Positions 1-11,300 of a stretch of 64,000 nt of DNA are shown here, piece by piece. The notes beneath the pieces were generated by a model that saw only the letters and a list, made by a program, of their open reading frames with translations, had not been told where the DNA came from and did no database searches. A program made the position numbers and the translations under genes. How positions within the stretch are numbered: the stretch's first letter is position 1; every line of letters begins with the position of its first letter. Source of the stretch: Bugula neritina (Eukaryota; Animalia; Bryozoa); the NCBI GenBank assembly GCA_964035545.1, contig OZ037769.1, positions 4,941,929-5,005,928 on the forward strand. Direction: 5' to 3'.

Positions 1-19
1 TATAACGATCTCATACTTT

Positions 20-140
20 TTTCATTTTAGTGTTATGTAGTAGTATTTAGTACTATTTAATAGTGTTATGTAGTAGTATGTAGTAGTATGTAATAGTTGT
101 GTGTATTAGTATGTAGTAGTGTATTGTAATGTGGTATAGT
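20..140. repeat. Low-complexity (TAGTAGTATG)-like minisatellite
   Basis: Repeated tagtgttatgtagtagtat motifs. Confidence 0.6.
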
Positions 141-320
141 GTTTATTTAGAGAATGTTATATCTAGTGTATATTACTCCAAAACTATGTTTGGAGATTTA
201 TATCCAGGTGATTAAGTGATAGTGTAGCGTCGTACTGTACTCTATTTTATATTACTATGGCCGTCATAAATTTTCTTTGTGCTATCACTGCAAATAAGGT
301 GTAAATAAAAGTTGCTCATG

Positions 321-503
321 CTTGACATGTATTACATATGTAATACTTTGTACTGGGCATGTATTACAGATGTAATACTTTGTACTTGACATGTATTACA
401 AATGTAATACTTTGTACTGGACATGTATTACAGATGTAGTACTTTATACTTGGCATGTGTTACAGATGTAAAACTTTGTACTTGGCATGTGTTACAGATG
501 TAA
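321..503 (+). repeat. 32-bp tandem array (~6 units) ending in the functional acceptor
   Basis: Unit cttggcatgtgttacag|ATGTAA...; the last unit is the 497/498 junction. Confidence 0.85.
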
Positions 504-2323
504 CTAGAGATGATGCAGGAGACTGGAGTGTAGAAATAAAGAATGAAACTGGAACTGCTCATTTGAACTTCAAAGCTACAGTCAAAGGTCAGTGGCTACT
601 AAGAATTGATTTTTCATGTTATCGGGAGTTTCTTTTTTTATGATTAGTTCAACACGATTTCTTTATTGACACATTTTTGTATACACAGAGGATATGTTAA
701 AAAAAATTAAATTAAAATTTTTCTTATAAAATATGAAGCTTGTATATATTATATGATTGGCTTAGGCCCCTGTCAGAATTGTTTTCTTTTTAATTTTGTT
801 TTCCAGTGGTCTTTTCAGTAACAAACCTCGATAGTTACTGATTATTAATAACTTTTAGTTTATTAGAAGATGTTTTTATTATTAATTATAAATAAGTAAT
901 AATTATCTTACTTCATTGTGCTTTCAATGCCTTTCTAAATAATCCATTCTGGTTATTTAGCTCCTCCTTGTGCCTGCCGAGGCCCTCTTAGGGTGTCGGA
1001 TGTCACCAACTCAACGGCCCACCTTTCTTGGTCCACTCCTTCTGACGATGGAGGTAATCGCGTCTTGCATTACGTTGTCGAGAAACAGGAAGTTGGTAGA
1101 GATCATTGGACGACTGTTAGTTCTCAGGTAGATCTCAGTGCAGTCAACACGATTGGCATTGGCTTTGATATATAGAAAGGCTGTAATGTAGATCTTAATG
1201 AATATTTCTTGAGCAGTGTTGTTTATGTGAAGATTATTAAGAGCTTTGCCAGTGGATTATGCTTGCATTGTGTTAGTTTATGCCAGGGAGCAGCCGTGGC
1301 TCTCACATCCATAGTGACTGTAAACTTGCATGAGGTTTTTGTTAGTTTAAAATGCCATGCTGGCACCATTTGAAAAAATTGAGAAGAACTAGTTATCAAG
1401 TAAGAATTATAGCCTAAAGACTTTTTTATTTATGTAATATTTTCAACCTGCGCACCCAAAGAAAAATTGATAATGACAATCAAAAACTTAAGATACTGAA
1501 ATTTTTCCATGACTGTACCACATTGATTATCAACATACTAAACTTCAACCCTCTGCATCTCTGGAAATTCTCTAAATTAGGTCATAGTCATATTACTTCA
1601 GTGCTGTAAGCCGAAATTTCTAATAGTTACAGTGTGACTATGTTGATATATGTTCATACTGTGAAGAGTGACTCACTTTTGTGTTACAGGGGTGTGTGGA
1701 CACCGAGTTTAATGTTCAAGGCCTGTCAGCTGATAAAGAGTACCTGTTCAGAGTGGCAGCTGTCAATTCTAATGGAGCTGGAGACTACTTGACTACTTCG
1801 ACTCCTGTCGCAGCTAAATATCCATTTGGTAGGCTTAATATATTTTATAATTTTTTTGTGCGAAATTAACCTTTTATTCAAATTTTGGTTATGAAATTTA
1901 AAAAATTTTAGTCTGGTAATATTTTTTTAGAATTTAGTGTTACAAGAGATTCTGTTTTAAAATAGTGAAAAGAATTATTTTGCTACTTAGTACTAAAACT
2001 ATATTTTTGTGCTTTCTATTTAGACAAACCTGGTGTGCCGGGTGCTCCGATTGTAGAAGAGGTGGGTGGTGATTTTGTAAATCTGTCTTGGGACAAGGCA
2101 GATGATGGTGGGGGTCGTCTAGAAGGATACATTGTGGAGAAGAGAGACGCAGCTTCTGATAGGTGGACTCGAGTCAACTACCAGCCAATTAAAACTCTTT
2201 CATATAATGTGCTAAACCTCATAGAAGATTCTAGCTACTTTTTCAGAGTTGTAGCTGTCAATTTGGCTGGAGAGGGAAAACCTTCACCTGAATCTGCAAA
2301 AACAGTGGTCAAAGATGCCAAAG
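498..2323 (+). CDS. Twitchin: end of an Ig domain plus two Fn3 domains (exons 498-587, 961-1127, 1690-1828, 2024-2323)
   Basis: DAGDWSVEIKNETG (Ig strands F/G); LSWSTPSDDGG...YLFRVAAVNSNG; LSWDKADDGGG...YFFRVVAVNLAGEG. Confidence 0.9.
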
Positions 2324-5300
2324 GTTGGTGCTTTGCCACTTTTTTATTTTCTGAGAGAAATCAGTCAAAAAATTTTAAAAACAATATTTTTTATTGCAAC
2401 ATTTAGTAAAGAATATTTCAGTCCTATATTGTTTGAACATATGGGTCACATTTGCATATAATAATTAATTTGTCTATGAAATGATGTTTGTGCCTAAGAA
2501 TCAAATGCTTTGCAGCAACAATTGTCAGGCAATTTAAAATGGGCATGTATTGCTTAAGTACAAATAGTGTCTCTTATATATTGGTAATATATTATCAATG
2601 TTACAGTAACTACCAGCGCTTTACCCGATTATTGGCAAGCTTAACTTTTATTTTGATGATGAAACCCACCGATATTTGTTCCTTTCATTAGAATAATCTA
2701 AGTTTTTACTTTCATCTTATCATCTGGATGATTAGCACAGATGGTGTTAAAGTAGTGTATGTAATGGTGAATGTTTGTCTGGTATTCACTGAATCCGATG
2801 GCTTGTAGCTGCCACTCTGCCTGTGTTCAAGTCTCAGCTGGCTAATGTGGAGTGTGTCCAGGGAAATAAGATTGAATTTGAGTGTCTAGTAGAATCGTCT
2901 CCTCATCCTGATGTTTCCTGGTAGGAATTCTCTCATTTCTGTAGTAATAACAGTTGAAATGTATTAACTATGCTACTGTCTCATACTTTTCAGCGAATAA
3001 TGCAATTACGTTACGACAATTATATTCATTTTAAGTGAGACTCATTTACTTTAAGCTCCTTTTAAGTCATTTTTATCAACATGTGTGCTTTTCATTTTTG
3101 TGAGTCATAAACCACAGAAATGACTTTTACTAATGAAGGTTTATCAAAGGTCCATAGCTGTGTCTTCTTTAGCATATGCAGACATACCGATGACTGTTCA
3201 ACTCTTAATCATTATTTAATTATTAATTGTTAATGTGATGTATACGTCAAGTATATTTGGCTGCTTTAGGTTTAAAGGCAGCAGAGAGCTGGAAGACACC
3301 AACAGAATCTCTATCACATCAGAAGGGAACAGACATTCACTCACAGTACTAGATGCTCAGGGAGAGGACGAGGATGACTATTGTGTCAGGGTCAGCACGG
3401 CAGCGGGTACAAGACAGAGTAGGGCCAAGGTCACTGTGAGATGTGAGTTTCTCGCATCGTCTGCTGCAAACTAATTGGATAGATTCGAATAATCAAACTC
3501 AGCTTGATAGTCATATAGTAACTCACTATGTTTGTGTACTGTGACTATGAAAACTAGGCCTGAGTGGTGACAACTATTATCAAATATAGTGCGAGAGTAC
3601 TGAGGGTAGCTGTGGTGTAGTGGTTAGAGTGCTGGCCTAGTAAACACGAGGTCAGTGGTTTGGGTCTTAACACTAGCTGGGTGTTAGGAAGAGCATCCAG
3701 TCATAATTGCTCCTGTGCCACAATAGAAAATAAGTCCTTAGTCTGCTAAGCAAATTAGTGCATGATGTTTGGACGGGCATCCAGTCATAGCTGCTTCTGT
3801 GCCACAGTGGAATAGCGACTATAAACTCACACAAGTTTATAATCTCCATCCCTGTGAGAAACCTCTGATGTAAAGGGTTTTTGTTAAATTGGGCTAAGGA
3901 CTTATTTAGGTGTGGCACAGGAGCAACTATGACTGGATACTCTTCCTAACATCACCAATAGCCTTTATGGGGATTCGAACCCATTACTTCGCGTTTACTA
4001 GGCAAACGCTCTAACCCCTAGACCACGGCTGCTCCCTAGTAGAATAGGTCCGTAGTCTGTTTTAAAAACCCCTTCCATCCAGGGATTCTCACAGAGATGG
4101 TGACTACAAATTTCCGTGAGTTTACAGGAGTTGTATTCTATTTTCTAGGTGCTCCAAAGATCTCTCTACCCAGCAGATTTGAGACTACCACAGCGTTTGA
4201 GAAGGGTGAAACTGTTGTACTGAAAATCCCATTTCGGGCAAATCCCAAACCGAGTTGCAAATGGCTGAAAGATGGAAAACCTCTTCCCTCTGGTTCTCGA
4301 TGCAAACAGGAAGTGAGTGTGTACTGCAGAAGAACGTTTAAGTCTGCTTTGAAGCTTTCAAATTAATATTTAAAATTATTGCTAAACCTTGACCTAATCT
4401 CAAGGTTAGAATAAATGTGAAATAAATTCTCTAAGACATTTACTAATTATGTTTTGTATTCTGTAGATTTCAGCTCGACACGCTTCACTAAGCATAAAGT
4501 CTGCAGACAAGGAAGATGGAGGAGTTTATCAACTCGAGTTGGAGAATAACTTGGGGTCTGATACAGCACGGATAGAGTTTACTGTAAATGGTGAGTTGAT
4601 GAGAGGCAATTTAACTGCAAAAGTGAAGTAAAATTTAAATACAGTTTTAAAGCTTTTGCATAACATTTAATATCCTAAACTCTATAACTTATAACTCAAT
4701 TCATTACTCTCAAAAATCTTGTTATAGTACTTATAATACTTGCTATATGACTCATAGTACAAGCCATGTTACCCATGCTGCTTGCTATCTTATACATAAT
4801 GCTTGCTCTATTCTACTTGCTATATTATACTTGCTATATTATACTTACTATAGTATACTTGCTACCTATAATGGATTCGTAGATACTCCCGGACAGCCAC
4901 ACTCGCTAGTAATTGAACGAGTTGAAGGAAGTGATGTCACGCTGTCATGGCTAGCTCCGACTACTGACGGAGGCAGCATGATCACAGACTATCTTGTGGA
5001 GAGACTAGAAGTTGGCTCAGATAAATGGATTAAAGTCAACACCTCCAGGTACTTGTCTTGTTTTTAGACACTGTGGGCAGGTACTTGTCTTCTTTCTAGA
5101 CTGTAGACACTGTGAGCAGGTACTTGTCTTCTTTCTAGACACTGTGGGCAGGTACTTGTCTTATTTCTAGACACTGTGGGCAGGTACTTGTCTTCTTTCT
5201 AGACACTGTGGGCAGGTACTTGTCTTCTTTCTAGACTGTAGACACTGTGAGCAGGTACTTGTCTTCTTTCTAGACACTGTGGGCAGGTACTTGTCTTATT

Positions 5301-8300
5301 TCTAGACACTGTGGGCAGGTACTTGTCTTCTTTCTAGACACTGTGGGCAGGTACTTGCCTTATTTCTAGACTCATTGAACAGGATTTTTCTCAGACTGGG
5401 TGTAGCTTCAAGAAACCAATTATAAGGGACAATTTTTTATAGCTCCAGTTAAAAGAGTGCCTGATAAATGTTCCTACTTCAACTATTTTACTTTCTATAA
5501 CTTAGAAGTTTATGATTGTGATGCTATTTTAGTTTTAGAAATAACTAAATCTGCCTTTTTTATGTTGCTGATTTTTAATAGCACAAAATATCATTTTGCT
5601 AATGCATCTTGTACTCTAAAATTTAAAGATTCTACTTAATATGTTATATCTTTGCTTCTTTTGATAACATGTTATATTATAGTCATGTCACAAACTAGTA
5701 ATAGACATTTCTTCACTATATTGTCAGATCTTTTTTCAAGACAGTTTGGTTGGACTCAAAAGCTAAAAAAGCAACATTTAACTTTGTTATCATGATTAGC
5801 CGCTCTTCTAGAAACTTGTCAACGGAATATGCAATATTGGTGACTTTCGTTGTAATACATAGGCACCTGCTGTTATAGATATTCTTTATAATATTAATAC
5901 TAAGAGCTGATTCAATCTTTCAGCCAAACATTCAGCCAGCTATATCTTTAGTGTACCAGCTCACAGCTACTCTCTTCGTATTGTAAACAAACTATCATTT
6001 TGTGTTTTTTTTTTCAGACAAAAAACTTTATTAATACAAAGTCTGAGTCAAGGAAAGTCTTACCAGCTGAGAGTAAGTGCAGGCAATCTCTATGGTTACG
6101 GCTTACCGTCACTCCCTGTTGCCGTGGCGATAGAAGAAAGCATTGTGCAGAAGTCATCTGCTCATGATCTGTCGAGTGCTCCCAGGGGTCGAAAGGTCAA
6201 GGTTGATGACTATGACAAGTTATGTAAGTTCTTTGAGAGTATCACACCTGAGCCTATCATATCGTTCAGTAATGAATTTCATGCCAATTGTTGGCGCCTA
6301 AAGTATTTAGAGTATAATAGACATAATGGGGTTAATTTTTTATAACTAGCTCTAGGTTTTGCTAGGAACAGTGTGGCATCAGCCATAATACTACAGGAAA
6401 CATAAAGTATAATAACACGGGAAAGTTAGAGTATAATACTACGGGAAAATTAGAGTGCAATACTACTGGAAATTGAACCGAAAATGCCAGTACTTGGTTA
6501 TTTTTTAGCAGAATTTTAGGATTCTTTTTTAATTTCCTAATTCAAACATAGGTTTTCTCAAAGTTTATGTCAAAGAACACATTTCTTGTAAAGATGTAAG
6601 TTTTTGAAAAAATGTGATTTCTTTTTTTATCGCTATCTTGTAACATAACTAATAATTTTGGTGGGCATTTCCATTAAAGTGGAAGCTCCAATTTACAATA
6701 CCTACCCTACATATGTAACTACTTTTCTGCTAGCTCATACTGTATATACTTATATCACATGTAGATACTGCTAGCTCATACTGTATATACTTATATCACA
6801 TGTAGATACTGATATCTCATACTGTATATACTTACATGTAAATACTGCTAGCTCATACTGTATATACTTATATCACATGTAGATACTGCTAGCTCATACT
6901 ATATATACTTATATCATATGTAGATACTGCTAACTCATACTGTATATACTTATATCACATGTAGATACTGCTAGCTCATACTGTATATACTTATATTACA
7001 TGTAGATACTGATATCTCATACTGTATATACTTACATGTAGATACTGCTAGCTCATACTGTATATACTTATATCACATGTAGATACTGCTAGCTCATACT
7101 GTATATACTTATATCATATGTAGATACTGCTAGCTCATACTGTATATACTTATATCACATGTAGATACTGATATCTGGAGTCACGGAGCGCCGCAGCCAG
7201 CTGACCTGAGAGGAGAGAGAGTGGAGGATTATTATGAAATACTAGAGGAACTTGGCAGGTCTGTATGTAAGGCGTGTATTATGTAGCTAAACACTGCAAT
7301 CACTACTTCTTACTGATCGAGTGAGAATAATTTTTGCTAATGTCTTTTAAGTAAAAATCGACAAACTATTTGTTTGAATATCCACCAGCGACTTGGTTGC
7401 TTTCTGAACTGAAAAAGAACTTTGCATGTAATAAAAGCAAAATTTTTATAAAAATAACTGCTTGGAGGTTTTATGTTGAAAAGGGCTCACCATGAATTTA
7501 AAAAGTTCACATTTCATACAAAACATACCTTAGCAACAGGTGAAGCAGAAGCTTCTTGCTTTGGTTCAAAATATTTTATGAGAAGTAAAACTTGTAAAAT
7601 ATTTTATATTTAAATTTTAGCCAATGACACAGCCATTCTTAGAGTAAAAAGTTGGATTAGTATACTTTATTCCTGTCTATCGTACAAAATACAAAGTAAA
7701 TTTATTAGTTGATCTATAATTAGAGTTAAAGCTGTTACTAAAGCCACTAAATGCTGTCTGATATTTGATTATCAGTTACTGACTATAATAGATATATCTG
7801 TTGTAGATCTGTGATTCCGTAAGAATAAATACTAGTTTTATATTTTCTATAATCCTGAATGTTTCTTAGAGCTTGACATTTACCAACATTTGTATTCTGT
7901 TGATCTTCTCCCAATATTGATATATTTGACATACTTTGTTTGACCTACTAATCAATGTTACTTTCATTAGTTTTGTAGATTAGAATTTATTTACTTTTTG
8001 TGAACCCAAAATCTAACTAATAAATTTAATACTAACAGTGAACTTTGATTTTGTGATTTATAAAGCTTTTATTAATCATTTTTGTTACCCAATCAGTTAT
8101 TTGTTTTGTTTTTGAATTTTACAGGTTTGAGTTCAGTTTTCTTTTTTTTCTGGTAAATTGAATAATTCTTGATATAAATGAAAATGATATTGGAAATATA
8201 ACCCTATTCTAAAGTCATTATTTTATTATAGTTGTCAAATGGCAGAAATTAGATTTTATAGCACCATGGTAGCGTGTGGTTTTATTTCACCTCATGCTGT

Positions 8301-11300
8301 TGATTTAAAATTACTAGTTAGTTTTGCACTACTAGTCCAGTGTTCTATTTTTAGTGGCTCATTTGGAGTTGTCTACCGTTGTGTGGAAAAGGCTACTGGA
8401 CACATATTTGTAGCTAAGTTTGTGGACACTTCTACAGTAGCTGAGAAACAAGCAATAAGAAATGAGATAGCCATCATGAATCAGCTTCAGCACAAGAAGC
8501 TGATCAGACTGTATGATGCGTTTGAAGACAAGAACGAGATGTGCCTCATTATGGAGTTGTAAGTCCTGTGCTAGGAAGTTTTGTAACAGCAAGTGGTGTA
8601 ACAGGAAGTCCTGTAACATTTTAAAGTTTTCTATATGAGCTATCATTGCAAATCTGCCTGAAATATCTGTGAGCTGCTCTTTTATTCCCTAAATATACAA
8701 AAACATTCTCCTTGGCTATGCTGGGTGTAGCCGATAGGTTCCATTAATGCCTATGGTTATTATTTTTTATTACATTCTGGTGTACAAAAATAATCTCTTC
8801 TACCTGTTATGCTTAGACACTATCTTTTATTCAATAGTATTTTTGATTTTGCATATTTCTTACTTTTATTACATTATTGAAAATTGAAGATTGGATTCAA
8901 TAAGCTTCTTATACTAATCTTTTTGTGTCAGATAATCTATTTTTATTTGGTTGCAGCTTGTCCGGCGGCGAACTGTTTGACAGAATCGCTGACGATAATT
9001 ACAAAATGTCTGAAAGTGAAGTCATCAAATATATCCGGCAGATTTGCGAAGGTCTTCAAAGCATGCATGAGCTTGGTATCGTTCATCTAGACATTAAGGT
9101 AGCCGCCTAGTTATTCCCTATGCAATCTATAAGCTACGAGTTGCTGGTGAAACATTAGGCTAGCAGCCAGTAGAGGATTTGTATTCTTTTCTAGAAAAGT
9201 CCTGAGTTGTAGCTTAAGATCTTCAACTTTTTTGCAGCCTGAGAATATTCTATGCGAGACGAGTAGAAGTACAAGTGTGAAGTTGATAGATTTTGGGCTA
9301 GCTTGTAAGTTGGACCCGAATGTTCCTGTAAGAGTTTGTCGGGCTACTGCGGAGTTTGCTGCTCCTGAAGTGGCCAACATGGAACCAGTTGGCTTCTACA
9401 CAGACATGTGGGCAGTCGGAGTCTTAGCTTACGTCTTGTAAGTTTAAGAGTACTAAAGTTGCGAATAGCTGCGGAAATGTTTTTTGATGAAATCACTAGA
9501 AATTATAGCATTTTTTTTGGTAAAACTTTTTTACAGACTGTGTCATTATCGGGTTTTTATTTTAGTTGCTGTATAAAAGTAGTCAGTTGTGTCTGGCAAC
9601 TTACATAGAGTAAATACAATTGCAACATATGTTCTGTAGGTATATTTACCTGCTGACAAAGACTAGTCTAAGTTTTGAACAATTGGTAGGATTGCTAACT
9701 GGCTAGTTCGTTATCGGTTGCATGAGTCATTCTGAGTATTAATTGTAGGTTGAGTGGGTTGTCGCCATTTGCTGGGGAGACTGATGACGAAACTTTAGCA
9801 CACGTCGCCAGCTGTGACTGGCAGTTTGACTCCGAGAGTTTCTCGTCTGTTTCTGATCTTGCTAGAGATTTCATCAGCAAACTCCTTGTAAAGAGTGGAC
9901 CGTAAGTGTATTGTTTAGCAATCACTCATGAGTGGACAATTTCTGATCTCTTGTTGCATATAAGAATTCCGTTTTGATGATTTAGAAAAAGAATGACAGT
10001 TCATGAGTCATTGGATCACCCATGGATCAAAGAGGATCACACTGATTTTGATAAGAGGATATCTGCTACCAAATATCTTGGAGTTCGCACAAGGATTCAC
10101 AACAAATATGTGAGTTTACTATACTAGTAACTAATTACTAGTATAGTAGTAGTTAGTTACTAGCAGGTAGTAACTAGTAACTATTAGTTAGCTACTAATA
10201 ACTAGTTACTAGTTACTAATCAGTTGTAGCTAATTGCTAGTAACTAGTTGATATTAACTGGTAATTAAGTGCTAATAAGTGGTAATTAGTTGCCTATATT
10301 AATTTAAGAAATGTTGTTTACTAGATTATATGACCCTCTTTTCTGTCACGATAATAGTAGCACCACTATTTCCTGAGATCAGAAAAGTTTCAATATACTG
10401 GAAACAACAAGACTTCATTACATTGTTCAATTTGATTTTTAAAAACTCAGTATTAGCTCACACCCACACACACGCACGCACACACACACAACGCACACAC
10501 GCACACACACTCACACACATGCACACACACACACATAACACACACGCACACACACGCACACACATAACACGCATACACACACGCATGCACACACAGACAC
10601 TCACATACACGCACACACACGCACAACGAACACTCACACACACACACATAACACGCATACACACACACGCATGCACACACAGACAACACAAATAAAAATG
10701 TATGCGATTATTTTGACACAAGTTAATGTGTTATTTAAAGGGAATAGATCTGAATTCCAAACAACCAGCAATTGGAATCATATCTAACTTCAGTTCTATC
10801 AGACGTCTGAGGATGGAAGAATATAAGCTTTACGTATCTGAGTTTGGTAAGTTCTGGTTTGTGTAAGTTTTTTCTTGGAAAATTTAGAAAAAATATACAT
10901 GTCTGCACTCATTATAAATAAATTGTGATGTAAAACTGAATATCACATTTTTACTATATTAATTTGTTCTTCACTTACATATACTACTGAGAAGCAAGGC
11001 TTGTATGAACATCGTTTAAAAAAAACAGAAGCTGTCACAAATCTATTTCACTTACACCGCAGACCGTAAGGAAGCAGTCCCAAGATTCATAGTAAAGCCC
11101 GGATCTTCTGTGGTACCAGAAAACAGTACGGTTAACTTCCGAGCTGTCGTATTTGCTACAAGCGACCCCGTGGTGACCTGGTATCACAATGATGTGCAAC
11201 TCACTCAGAGTGCTAAATACATGCAGAAGTATTCAGGTAGCTGATAAAGCATTGGCAATTTTATACACTATAGCTGGGATTGTCTGCTCTTGTATTTCTA

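Noticed and set aside
3960-4036. Functional tRNA-Thr gene
   Set aside because: The acceptor and anticodon stems pair poorly, and the sequence continues into a shared ~150-bp body found in 4 or more copies, so it is a SINE head
6385-6475. 24-bp array as another junction echo
   Set aside because: It lies ~160 nt from the donor with no junction similarity. Like 48657-48714, it shows that not all arrays are junction-anchored.
8355-9437. Pseudokinase or titin-like atypical active site
   Set aside because: The VAK Lys, HLD Asp, Asn and DFG are all canonical
10330-10721. His/Thr- and Cys/Val-rich ORFs
   Set aside because: Artefacts of the (CA)n microsatellite
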